The notes below the pieces were generated by a model. That model was given only the letters and a program-made list of their open reading frames with translations, had not been told where the DNA came from and ran no database searches. 64,000 bases of DNA, taken from assembly GCA_963717465.1 (NCBI GenBank), contig OY970340.1, forward strand, positions 1,280,001-1,344,000, given 5' to 3'. Both the position numbers and the translations under genes were made by a program. This DNA is from Candidatus Bathyarchaeota archaeon (GTDB lineage Archaea > Thermoproteota > Bathyarchaeia > Bathyarchaeales > Bathycorpusculaceae). Below are positions 32,596 to 42,421 of the stretch, piece after piece; position 1 is the stretch's first letter, and every line of letters starts with the position of its first letter.

Positions 32596-32892
32596 GTGAA
32601 TGCCATGTCTGCCACTTTTGAAAAAGACGCCAAACCCGACCTCTACGTCGTTGCACGTTTCCTTGAGAAGCTTATCACTACGGGTGGAAGGCGCCGTAAA
32701 ACAGAGTTGCAGATGGCGGTAGGATTGAACTTTAACGTTTATACGAAGTACCTGGATTGGCTTGAAGCCAAAGAGCTCATTCACGTCATAGAAGAAGACG
32801 AACGCTCAAAATACGTTGCCTTGACCTCCAAAGGATTAGACACTTACAAAACCTTGGTGCAATGGATAAAAGATGTTGTAGGCACCCCCTAA
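32596..32892 (+). CDS. Small winged-helix regulator (HTH_45-like)
   Basis: PDLYVVARFL..KTELQMAVGLNFNVYTKYLDWLEAKELI..LTSKG. Confidence 0.85.
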   Translation: MNAMSATFEKDAKPDLYVVARFLEKLITTGGRRRKTELQMAVGLNFNVYTKYLDWLEAKELIHVIEEDERSKYVALTSKGLDTYKTLVQWIKDVVGTP

Positions 32893-33114
32893 ACAGTAAC
32901 CTAGCTAACGCTTAGACTAGAAAAAGTCTTAAAAAGACCCGGAAGTTCGCAGACTGAAAATTGACGCACGTGATAATTTCCTTATTTTCTGTTTTATCAC
33001 TGTCTCATTCATTTGACGCGTTAAACCAGCGTTAGGCACACTCTACCGCAAGGTATATCTCTCTTAAAGAATTGTTAACCCATCAATTCAAGTTATGCTG
33101 GAGCATCGCTCGTT

Positions 33115-33801
33115 ATGGTAATAAGAGCAGTAATATTTGATTTAGATGGTACACTGGCAACATTCAACTTGGATTATAAAGCCCTTCGCGGCGACGTAAG
33201 AAGTTACCTGATTCGAGCAGGTGCCCCTGCTTCAGTATTGTCGGTTAACGAAAGCATTTTTGAAATGCTGAAAAAAGCAGAATTATTCTTCAGGCACTCT
33301 GGACGGCAAGATGATTTTTTGGCGATTAAAAATGGAGCGTTGGCTCTAGCTGAAAAATATGAGTTGGATGCGGCTGCAAGTACTAATTTGATGCCTGGGG
33401 CTTTAGAAACGCTAAAGTTGCTTAGTCAAATGGAAATTAAAATTGGGTTGTGCACGATAAACAGCGAGAAAGCCGCCAACCACATTTTGCAGAGCTTCAG
33501 AATTGCAAATTACTTTCCTGTTGTCGTTTCAAGAGAGAAAGTGAAGAACGTTAAGCCGAATCCTGAGCACTTTGAAGCGGCGATTAAAGCGTTAGGAACA
33601 GCACCGAAAGAGACAATGATAGTGGGCGACAGCATTGTTGACATGGAGAGTGCAAAAGAACTCAAAGCTATTGGTGTAGGTGTACCAACAGGTGTCTCAA
33701 CAGTAGATCAGTTAACACGTAATGGAGCTAATTATATTATTACTTCAATAGCGGACCTGCCTGTTCTTATTGAAAACCTGAACAAGTTTATGCAGCAGTG
33801 A
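33115..33801 (+). CDS. HAD-family hydrolase
   Basis: FDLDGT, KPNP, VGDSIVD. Confidence 0.9.
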   Translation: MVIRAVIFDLDGTLATFNLDYKALRGDVRSYLIRAGAPASVLSVNESIFEMLKKAELFFRHSGRQDDFLAIKNGALALAEKYELDAAASTNLMPGALETLKLLSQMEIKIGLCTINSEKAANHILQSFRIANYFPVVVSREKVKNVKPNPEHFEAAIKALGTAPKETMIVGDSIVDMESAKELKAIGVGVPTGVSTVDQLTRNGANYIITSIADLPVLIENLNKFMQQ

Positions 33802-36800
33802 CAACGTCGTCATGGCATTCAAGCTTTTTCTCTCTTAATAAACGCATGAATATTTCATTAAATACCTCTTTTGCTTGCTCGCCTGAATGGTTTATCCCGA
33901 AGACTTTTGCGGTCTCAGCGATAAGCGAATTGTTACTTATGCTCAAGGCATACTTTGCAATCATCGTCATAGCGTTCTCCACTTCTTCGGGTGGAATGTG
34001 CTCAGGCTTTCTTCTTGATTCAGGAACTCCTTCCATAGGAACGCGAATCGGCACCGATTTAAGCTCAGGCGGCCAAAGAAATTGGCCTTTAAAGACAACC
34101 TTTTGATATCTAAGCAGGCTGCTAAGCGCTTCTCTTATTGCTTGAGTAACTTTAGGGGTAACCCGTTTAACTCCCCACGCCTCGGCTAACCGCTGAACTG
34201 CGTAGTCAAAGTGAATTGGTCCCTCTTTTTCAACAAGCTCCGATAATAAGTCCGTCTGGATCTGCCGATTTTCTGGATAATAAAACTCATTCTTTTGAAG
34301 CTGGGGGCTATGAGACGATTTAGAATAAGTCTTTATGTAAGGCTCGAATGTGGCTTTAAGCGGATGAATCTGGTAAGGTACACAGATTTTTTCTATGCCT
34401 GCAAACTGGACTTTTTGGACTTCAGGTTGAACCAAGCTTTCCACTGATTCAAGAGTTTTTTCCGGCTCTTTTTCAAGCTGCAGTTTCTGCGCTTGCTCAA
34501 GAGCATCTTTCAACCGTTTGACTTCAGAATCACGTCTAGAAATCCACGCTGGCGCCCAGATACGGTGAATTCGCCAACCCAAATTCCTCAACACTTGTTC
34601 TCTTAATCTGTCTCTATCTCTTGCACTGTTACTTGATTTGTAAGCGGCTCCATCAAACTCTACGCCAAGAAGATAACTGCCACTATTAGCTGGGTCAACG
34701 ACACCAAGACCAATTTTAAAGCTGCTGCTACCAACTTGAGGAACAACGGTGTAACCCATTTTTTGAATTTCAAAAGCTACATCCTCATCCAAGGCCGACT
34801 CAAACTCGCCAATCTTAGCCTTAGCAGGCGTCAACGTTTCATGCTCCTTTTCAGCATAATCCAGATATTGACGAAGAGTCTGAACGCCAAGTGCTTTTGC
34901 ATCTGGATCTATATCAGAAGCCTTAATGGAGGTAATCAGAACTATTTTTTCTCGAGCACGAGTAACTGCAACATTTAACCTCCGTTCTCCTCCAGGCTTG
35001 TTTAATGGGCCAAAATTCATTGTCATTTGCCCCTGCGAATCACGTCCATAACCGACGCTGAAGAAGATAACGTCACGTTCGTCGCCTTGAACGTTTTCTA
35101 AATTCTTCACGAAGAAACCTTCCAAGCGGTCTTCTTTGAAGAATTGTTCAAATTCAGGCAACTCTTTTAAGCGGCGATCGATGGCTTCTTGGATTGCTTC
35201 CATTTGAGCAATGCTGAAAGTTACAACTCCCAAAGTTTTCTTCGGGTACAATCTGAAGTGCTCAAAAATCATGTTTACAACGACTTCTGCTTCTTTTTCG
35301 TTATCTCTTTTGCCGCCTCGATCATACACACCATCGGGAACATGGACTAATTTTACGCCAAGAGTATCGTGATTTGCCTGTGCTGCTGGGAAAGTTATGA
35401 GGCTATCATCGTAGAAATTGTGATTAGAGAAAGCTATCAGCGATTCGTGTTTGCTGCGGTAATGCCACTTTAACGTTTTGACAGGTAAACCTATTCCTAG
35501 ACACTCATCTAGTATGCTATCGAAGACTTCAACATCTTCATCGCTCATTTCATCCCAGTCAACATCATCAATCAAGCTTTTCTGGAAAAACGAAGTAGGC
35601 GGCAACTGCTTGTTATCACCTGCAACAACCAGAGTTTTTCCACGATAAATTGACCCGATGGCGTCTTCAGGAACAATCTGCGAAGCCTCATCAAAGAGAA
35701 CAAGGTCGAACCTTGCAAGTTCAGGAGTTAAAAACTGGCTAACCGAAATGGGACTCATGAGCAAGCAAGGCTTAATCTTAACAAGTAAATTCGGAATTTT
35801 CTGCATTAATGTGCGAATCGGCATTAGGCGCCTCTTTTTGGCTGCCTCTTTCATCAGGATTGCAGCTTCCGAATCGTTCGCTTGAATTAGAATATCATGC
35901 GGTTTTCTCTGGTTAGCTACTTCAATAACTCTGCTTGATGTCAAATGAATTAATTCGCGATCAAGCGTTTTGAAGTCAGCGATTAATTGCTCATGGTTTT
36001 CCCTTCGAAACGCGCCAAGCCTTGAATCCTGATTATAGAGGTTGTTTATCCACTCTTGATATGTACCCTTGCGGAAAACGTCGGTTAATTGTGCTGCTGG
36101 AATGCGTTGTTCGACAAGCCGGTTGAAGAATTGGTCTAAGCCTTGAAGGGCAAAACGGTTTTTAAAATTTTTAAAGTCGACCCAAATTTGGAGTTCATCA
36201 ACTCGACTTCTTAACGTTTTAATTCTTTCAGCTAGAACTTGGATAGGTAAGTCACTAATTTTTTGGTTTTGATATTTTAATTCTGTTTCAAAACGCGCTT
36301 TCAGACCTGATAGTGACTGCAACATTGACTCATACTGCTGGTTTAACGGAAGAATTAGCGAGGATGCGTCTGGCGTTTTTGATGCTGTGTTTGCATAGGC
36401 TTCTGGAACAGCAATGTCGCCGAATGCGGCTTTAACTTTTTTAGTCCAGTCTAAGACTGAAATAATTTCAACCCAGTTCGTTTCTAGATCCTTATAGCGT
36501 GGGCCGAATTTCGTTTGAAGAACAGTTTTTTCAGCTTCAATTGCAGCTTGCCTTTTGCGTATTTCCTGGGCGTCTTGCAGGTCAGCTATTAGCTGTTTGT
36601 AATTTGCTGGTTCTGTTTCTTTACATACGGTTAATGTTTCCTTAGTTAATGCAAGCAAATTGTTTAGTTGAGTTTCTGTTTCCTTTGCCCATTCGTCAAT
36701 TTGCGAAAAGAGATTTTGATCGAAGGGTAAGTTGGAGTTTGGCACGATTTTTGGAATCAGGCTGTTCAAGTCTTTTCCGTTTTGCTCCCATTCAGCAATC

Positions 36801-39442
36801 GAATCGGAAAGTTCATCGCCTAGATGCTTGATCATCGGTGAACCTTGTGATGAACTTGTAACAAGCTTAATCAAGCTCTCAGGAACCGGGCGCACCCATG
36901 ATAATTTTTCTACTTCAACCGTTAACTCAACAGCTTTTTCCACTTTTTCAAAATCAGTCTTGTAGCCGCGATAAAAGTGGCCAAGCATATTTCTAACAGA
37001 ATTATCCAGCGCTTCTATTTCGGAACGCAAAATTTTTTGTCTTCGTGCATCCATTAAATCGTTTAGTACTGTTTTGGGGACTTTTCCGTTGAGCGCTGTT
37101 TTCGCGATTTGTTTTTGATCCATCCTGTAACGTGAGCTGAAAATTCGCGTGAAGCTTTTGTAGGATCCATTATAACGTGTTATGAGTTCATCAAGGTCTA
37201 AATCGTAGATGCTTGCAGTGTACGTCTTTTCCAGTTTCGCTCTTAATTGATTGTGTTCTTGGATAGATTGTTTTGCTTTAGGCACTACCTCTTGAAATTG
37301 CATAAAGAATGAGTGGTCGAACCATTGGGGTTCAGGTTTATCTTCAAGGAAGCACAACGTAGCTATTCTAGGCAATTGCTTGACTCTTTCAAGTGTCAAG
37401 TTATCAATTGTAAGTGTCAAGTTATCAATTGTTAACCCAAAGATTTGTGCAAGAGATTGCGCATTTTCACTCCACTTTTTCAGGAGCACTTGCGTGTTTT
37501 TTAAGTGGGCAAGAAGTTTATCACGTTTAGTTAAAAGTTCGCTTTCCTCTAGGCTCCCTGCGGAAAGAGTTTTGCTTAAGGGTGCAAGTGCAACCTGTAT
37601 TTCTTGGGAACGATTGAGAACCAAAGTGAATAATGCAGGCGTATAGTTTTTTGACAATCGAGTTTGAGTATTCTTAATCCATTCGAAACTTGTTTGAAGG
37701 CTTTTAGCCTCCTCAATGAGTTTATCAGAGTCTTTATTTGTTAACCAGTCTGCTTGTGGCAGGGGGCTCTCCGTGAGGAACTTGCCAAGTGATAATAGCC
37801 AGCTTACATTTTCAAGTGTGACTGGCGATTTTAATCCGAGTTGACCCGAACATTTTTCGGATTCATTTTGCAGCTGAGTTATCGTTGAGATGATGCCCTC
37901 AAGGGTGGTTAACAATTCTGACCTAACGTCTAAGTTGTAAGTGTTAGCGCGGTAGCCTGTCCATGGGAAATCTGGTTCCTCAACAACTATCCAGACTTTA
38001 CTGAGTTGAGAAACCATTTCTTCAAGTTCATGCATTTTTTGAGGAGTTAAACCTTCCACGCCCACTAAGCCAACTTGCACAAAGGGGACGCGTTCCAAAC
38101 CGGAAATTAGACTCAGTACTTCATAAGCGCTTTTCTGCAGGTAAGGTCGTCTCTCATGCAAAGCGTTGACGTAACCGTTTAACGATTCCCGGTACTGCAT
38201 CATCTTCTGAAATTCATGAATCGAGGGTAGTTTACGTGGAACAAGATGTTCTTCAAGGCTGCGTTTTAGTTCAGCGACGACTTGCTGCTTATTGGCTTTG
38301 CTGCTGTGGAGTTCAAGGCAGAAATTAGCTAAGCCAGCCTCGCTTAGTCTTTTGTAAACAACTTCAAGAGCAGCCATTTTATCGCTGACGAAAAGAACAG
38401 ATTTGCCGTTAGCGATGCATTCAGCAATTATGTTTGCGATTGTCTGGCTTTTTCCTGTTCCCGGTGGGCCTTCCATCACGAAACTCTGCCCCATCAGTGC
38501 ATAGTCGATTGAAACCCTTTGGCTGCTGTCAGCGTCAAGAACCTGATAGGTTTTTTCTGGAAACTCGATTTTGTCAACATCTTTTTCTTGGGGTAACTGT
38601 TCTAAAACAAGGTTTTGATCTTTTATTCCAACGATGGCGCGGATGATTGGGTGATGAGTAACTAGTTCAGAGTTCGCTTCAAGATCCTTGTAGATAACAA
38701 GTTTATAGAAGGAAAAAAGTCCCAGATCAACTGATAATTCAACCTTCCAACCCATATCAGCTACTGCTTGAGCAACAGAATCTAAATATGCACTTAACTT
38801 TTGGTTTTCCCAATCTTCAGGCAAAGCTGGAAGATCAATCTTAAAATCCATTTTCAGCTTAACTTGCAGAGCTGGGTTTAAAACGGCTTCATCCTCAACC
38901 GGAGGCATTCCAATTGTGAATGGCTGACGGAAGGATTCCTTGAACAATTCAAGCGGCACAAGAACAAGAGGAGATTCAACCTGCTCTTTGGTTTCTTTAT
39001 CAATCCAAATCAGCTTCCCGAAAGCCGCGTATAAAATGCGGACTCCTCGTTCCCTATAATCAAGAAGTGAACGACGCTGCAGATTTTTTAATGTTTTTTC
39101 CAGGTCAGTCCGCTTAAAATTCTCGCTCACCAATTGATTTATTTTTGGCTTCTTTGGTTCTTTGATTGCAGGAGTTTTTTCAGAAGCGTTTTTGAGTTCA
39201 ACCCTCTTAGTCTTGTCGGTCTCCTCCTGTGCTTCTTCTGGAGGTAACCAAAATTCTAAACGGCGCTTTTTTATTACCAGCCCGTTAAAGATTGTTTCAG
39301 CATCAGGACTGGAAATTGGCAGGTTTCCTCGTTTTGTTTTATGGAAATAAAGCAGGTTGTTTCGTTTTGACAGATCGATAAGCCGGCTTTTCCAGTCTTC
39401 TATTCTGCGCATTGGTTGGGACGCGTATGCTTGAGCCATCAA
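33788..39442 (-). CDS. DUF4011 - SF1 (Upf1-like) helicase - Vsr-like - DUF3320 protein (Hhe-like architecture)
   Basis: WKSRLIDLSKRNNLL, GPPGTGKSQT, DEASQ, GDNKQLPP, HYRS, VQGDERD, RRLNVAVTRAR, EFDG..RDRDRLR..LGW, EGPIH. Confidence 0.93.
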   Translation of the reverse strand: MMAQAYASQPMRRIEDWKSRLIDLSKRNNLLYFHKTKRGNLPISSPDAETIFNGLVIKKRRLEFWLPPEEAQEETDKTKRVELKNASEKTPAIKEPKKPKINQLVSENFKRTDLEKTLKNLQRRSLLDYRERGVRILYAAFGKLIWIDKETKEQVESPLVLVPLELFKESFRQPFTIGMPPVEDEAVLNPALQVKLKMDFKIDLPALPEDWENQKLSAYLDSVAQAVADMGWKVELSVDLGLFSFYKLVIYKDLEANSELVTHHPIIRAIVGIKDQNLVLEQLPQEKDVDKIEFPEKTYQVLDADSSQRVSIDYALMGQSFVMEGPPGTGKSQTIANIIAECIANGKSVLFVSDKMAALEVVYKRLSEAGLANFCLELHSSKANKQQVVAELKRSLEEHLVPRKLPSIHEFQKMMQYRESLNGYVNALHERRPYLQKSAYEVLSLISGLERVPFVQVGLVGVEGLTPQKMHELEEMVSQLSKVWIVVEEPDFPWTGYRANTYNLDVRSELLTTLEGIISTITQLQNESEKCSGQLGLKSPVTLENVSWLLSLGKFLTESPLPQADWLTNKDSDKLIEEAKSLQTSFEWIKNTQTRLSKNYTPALFTLVLNRSQEIQVALAPLSKTLSAGSLEESELLTKRDKLLAHLKNTQVLLKKWSENAQSLAQIFGLTIDNLTLTIDNLTLERVKQLPRIATLCFLEDKPEPQWFDHSFFMQFQEVVPKAKQSIQEHNQLRAKLEKTYTASIYDLDLDELITRYNGSYKSFTRIFSSRYRMDQKQIAKTALNGKVPKTVLNDLMDARRQKILRSEIEALDNSVRNMLGHFYRGYKTDFEKVEKAVELTVEVEKLSWVRPVPESLIKLVTSSSQGSPMIKHLGDELSDSIAEWEQNGKDLNSLIPKIVPNSNLPFDQNLFSQIDEWAKETETQLNNLLALTKETLTVCKETEPANYKQLIADLQDAQEIRKRQAAIEAEKTVLQTKFGPRYKDLETNWVEIISVLDWTKKVKAAFGDIAVPEAYANTASKTPDASSLILPLNQQYESMLQSLSGLKARFETELKYQNQKISDLPIQVLAERIKTLRSRVDELQIWVDFKNFKNRFALQGLDQFFNRLVEQRIPAAQLTDVFRKGTYQEWINNLYNQDSRLGAFRRENHEQLIADFKTLDRELIHLTSSRVIEVANQRKPHDILIQANDSEAAILMKEAAKKRRLMPIRTLMQKIPNLLVKIKPCLLMSPISVSQFLTPELARFDLVLFDEASQIVPEDAIGSIYRGKTLVVAGDNKQLPPTSFFQKSLIDDVDWDEMSDEDVEVFDSILDECLGIGLPVKTLKWHYRSKHESLIAFSNHNFYDDSLITFPAAQANHDTLGVKLVHVPDGVYDRGGKRDNEKEAEVVVNMIFEHFRLYPKKTLGVVTFSIAQMEAIQEAIDRRLKELPEFEQFFKEDRLEGFFVKNLENVQGDERDVIFFSVGYGRDSQGQMTMNFGPLNKPGGERRLNVAVTRAREKIVLITSIKASDIDPDAKALGVQTLRQYLDYAEKEHETLTPAKAKIGEFESALDEDVAFEIQKMGYTVVPQVGSSSFKIGLGVVDPANSGSYLLGVEFDGAAYKSSNSARDRDRLREQVLRNLGWRIHRIWAPAWISRRDSEVKRLKDALEQAQKLQLEKEPEKTLESVESLVQPEVQKVQFAGIEKICVPYQIHPLKATFEPYIKTYSKSSHSPQLQKNEFYYPENRQIQTDLLSELVEKEGPIHFDYAVQRLAEAWGVKRVTPKVTQAIREALSSLLRYQKVVFKGQFLWPPELKSVPIRVPMEGVPESRRKPEHIPPEEVENAMTMIAKYALSISNNSLIAETAKVFGINHSGEQAKEVFNEIFMRLLREKKLECHDDVVTAA
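37391..37432. repeat. In-frame 21-nt tandem duplication within the helicase gene
   Basis: AAGTGTCAAGTTATCAATTGT x2, giving TIDNLTL twice. Confidence 0.95.
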
Positions 39443-39557
39443 ATCATTTCCGCGCTAATAATTATAACCAGTATGAGTGGATTGTTCTTTAATAGTTACG
39501 GTATAATTTTTGACTTTTCAATATTTGAACCGCAGAACAAAACCGTAGATTTTAGTT

Positions 39558-40181
39558 TCACTTTGATTTGGCACGATTACGAGCTGCAGCTTCTTGAATT
39601 ACTTGTTTTACTCCTTCAAGACCCAAATGCTTGACTTCAAGTACTGGAAGGCCCAGGCGCAGCTTGTATATTTCCTCAATGTTTTTTTCTGCGTTGCCAA
39701 GGGTGTCTATGAGTATGCAGCCTTTTAGTTCACCAAAATAACTTGAAAACTCGTCTTCGTCAACGCCTTTTTTTGCCAGTTTTTCCTTCATGCTCCTGAA
39801 GAAATCTATCCAGCCCGCACTGAAAAACAGGAAGTCATGACGAGGGTCGGCCTGTGAGATTTTTCCTTTTCCGCCTAATTGGCAGTCGATGCAGTTGAGA
39901 GCATCTACTTTTACTATGCCGTATTCTTCAACGAGCTTTTTCATTTCGCCGCATGAGCCGAGGCATAGGTCGCCGTAAACAAGTATTACTCCATCTGGAT
40001 AGATTGGAATGGTTTTTTCAAGAATTCTCCGAATATTCTTCTCGATCAGATCGTAATCGACGTGAAAAAATTTACTTACGTAGATTACATCGAAATCTAT
40101 GCAGCCTTGTTTTTTAAGTTGATTGATTTCTTCTTTTAATGAACTGCATGAAATTAGGCAAATTCTTGGTTTTTTGCTCAT
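39558..40181 (-). CDS. DUF1638 domain protein
   Basis: ISC, H, LVYGDLC, NCIDCQLGG, GW, IDT pattern. Confidence 0.75.
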   Translation of the reverse strand: MSKKPRICLISCSSLKEEINQLKKQGCIDFDVIYVSKFFHVDYDLIEKNIRRILEKTIPIYPDGVILVYGDLCLGSCGEMKKLVEEYGIVKVDALNCIDCQLGGKGKISQADPRHDFLFFSAGWIDFFRSMKEKLAKKGVDEDEFSSYFGELKGCILIDTLGNAEKNIEEIYKLRLGLPVLEVKHLGLEGVKQVIQEAAARNRAKSK

Positions 40182-40191
40182 GCTTCTTCAG

Positions 40192-40593
40192 TCAACATGG
40201 TCTAAAGCAGTAACGTGTCCATTGAGGCCAAGTCTGGGTCTTGTCACACGAGCCAAAATCAATTGTTAAATCCATCCCTATCTTCAATTTTTCTTGTGTG
40301 ACGTCTTTTATCAAGCCTGGAATTCTTAAGTCGCGTTCAAGCTGCACAATGCCAATAGCGTAAGGTGCTTGAGACTGGAATTGAGCTGGTGCAATGTGAA
40401 TTATCGTGTATGTAAGCAATTTTCCTTTTCCAGAAATGGGCATCCAGTCAAAATTGTCCGACAAACAGTTATCACAGAGATTTCTCGGAGGCAAATGAAT
40501 TTTTCCGCATTTAACACATTTCGCAGCCATCAATTTCTGCTCGCTTAGAAACTTGTAGAACTGCTCGATTGTAAAGGGTGGCTTGCTGCTCAT
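40192..40593 (-). CDS. DUF35 Zn-ribbon/OB-fold protein (thiolase partner)
   Basis: KCVKCG..PPR..CDNC, GKGKLLTYT, PYAIGIVQL. Confidence 0.92.
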   Translation of the reverse strand: MSSKPPFTIEQFYKFLSEQKLMAAKCVKCGKIHLPPRNLCDNCLSDNFDWMPISGKGKLLTYTIIHIAPAQFQSQAPYAIGIVQLERDLRIPGLIKDVTQEKLKIGMDLTIDFGSCDKTQTWPQWTRYCFRPC

Positions 40594-41768
40594 TCTTGGT
40601 CGCTCCTGAAAATGTGAACCACTGCAGTTGCTCCTGAACCGCCAACGTTATGCGTTAAGCCGACAGTTGCATCTTTCACTTGACGCGCCCCAGCTTGCCC
40701 AGTTAACTGCAAGTACATTTCGTAGGCTTGAGCTGTGCCTGTCGCACCCACTGGGTGACCCTTAGATTTTAATCCGCCGCTTGTGTTAACGGGAATTCTT
40801 CCGTTAAGTTTTGTTTCACCGCTCTCTACAAGTTTTCCTCCTTCACCTACTGGGCAGAAACCAAGGTCTTCGTACGCCATTAACTCGGCGAATGTGAAGC
40901 AATCGTGAACTTCTGCTAGATTAATGTCACTTGGTTTCATTTTTGCCATTTCATAAGCTGTCTTAGCTGCGAGTTTTGATGCGTAAAGCGATGTTAAGCT
41001 TTGGCGTTCATACAAGCCGATTGTGTCGCTGGCTTGCCCACTGCCGATTATGTGGACTGGTTGGTCAGTGTATTTGTTTGCGTGCTCAGGCTTAGTTAAG
41101 ACTACGCAGCTGGCGCCGTCAGTTATCAAGGAGCAATCGTAGAGTTTTAGTGGCCACGCAACCATTTTTGAAGACATGACTGTTTCAAGAGTTATTTCTT
41201 TTTGCATGTGTGCTTTTGGGTTTTTGATTCCATGAGAATGATTTTTCACTGCTGCAAGTGCCATCTGCTCCTGCGTTGTGCCGTACTCATGCATGTGAGC
41301 AGTTGCCATCAAAGCGAATAATCCTGGGAACGTTATGCCTTGCCATTGTTCAAACGGGTAATCAGACGCCATGGTTAAGTACTCAGTTACTTCAGCAGTG
41401 CTGCGATGCGTCATTTTTTCTACGCCGCCGACTAAGACAACATCGGCTAGCCCTGACATTACAGCGTAAATTCCTGACCGCAAGGCTACACCTGAAGAAG
41501 CGCATGCTGCCTCTGTTCGAGTTGCAGGAATTCCAGTGAGACCTGCCCAGTCTGACGCTGCAGCGCCTGTGTGTCCCTGATGCTCGTATGCTTCTCCCAT
41601 GTGTCCAATGAACATGGCTTTGATGTCATTTTTAGGGTCAAGTTTGGGGCATCGGCTAAATGCTTCTTTTGCTGCTTCTGAGAAGATTTCTCGGGCTAAT
41701 AAGCCGTCGAGTTTGCCAAATTTTGACATACCAGCAGTTACAATGCTGACAAGTGGTTTTCCATTCAA
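40590..41768 (-). CDS. Archaeal (SCP2-type) thiolase
   Basis: EAACASSG, GGVEKM, HDCF, SGGLKSKGHPVGATG. Confidence 0.95.
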   Translation of the reverse strand: MNGKPLVSIVTAGMSKFGKLDGLLAREIFSEAAKEAFSRCPKLDPKNDIKAMFIGHMGEAYEHQGHTGAAASDWAGLTGIPATRTEAACASSGVALRSGIYAVMSGLADVVLVGGVEKMTHRSTAEVTEYLTMASDYPFEQWQGITFPGLFALMATAHMHEYGTTQEQMALAAVKNHSHGIKNPKAHMQKEITLETVMSSKMVAWPLKLYDCSLITDGASCVVLTKPEHANKYTDQPVHIIGSGQASDTIGLYERQSLTSLYASKLAAKTAYEMAKMKPSDINLAEVHDCFTFAELMAYEDLGFCPVGEGGKLVESGETKLNGRIPVNTSGGLKSKGHPVGATGTAQAYEMYLQLTGQAGARQVKDATVGLTHNVGGSGATAVVHIFRSDQE

Positions 41769-41953
41769 AACTTGTGTCCCTCTTCTCCTTCAATATTCTA
41801 GATAAAGTGTAAGTACAAGTTTAAAAATGTACCAATTATTCGAGCTTAAAACAGCCCTATTTACCGCTCTTGACTTGTTGTTTCCACCGTTCTTAGGGGA
41901 AAATCTAAATGTTAGTGTTAATCAGAAGTATAACAATTAAGAGTTGGCTGAAA

Positions 41954-42334
41954 ATGAGTGGAAATGTGAAAGAAGACCCAGTTAAGCTGCATAAAGAAGC
42001 AAACAATCTTATGGATGCAGGAAAATACTCAGATGCAAAAGACCTTTTTATTAAAACTGCTGAACTGTATAAGAAAGCACAGAACTATTTTGACTCAGCA
42101 ACCATGTATTACAAAGCTGGAGAAGCCAGTTTCGCATTAAAAGAAAATCAGGTTGCAGTTGAAAACTTTATGAAGTCTGCTAATCTTTCATTCGATAAAG
42201 GTTTTGACCGTTTTGGAGTCAGCGCGCTCGACTACGCAAGAGACTGCTACAAAGCTTTAGGCGACAATGCAAAAGTGGAAGAATTAACAAAGAAAATAAA
42301 AGAAACAAAAGAGAAACTTGAAAGCGCATTCTAA
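41954..42334 (+). CDS. TPR/alpha-SNAP-like helical repeat protein
   Basis: Repeating A..F.K.A..Y / A..Y.KA / A.DCYK units. Confidence 0.65.
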   Translation: MSGNVKEDPVKLHKEANNLMDAGKYSDAKDLFIKTAELYKKAQNYFDSATMYYKAGEASFALKENQVAVENFMKSANLSFDKGFDRFGVSALDYARDCYKALGDNAKVEELTKKIKETKEKLESAF

Positions 42335-42421
42335 ACGCTTGCTTCAAGCAAGCTATTCCTTATTTCCATTTTTCCGACTCAATTTAGACGCAAACACGTT
42401 TTGTAGTAAAGCCTGGTTACT

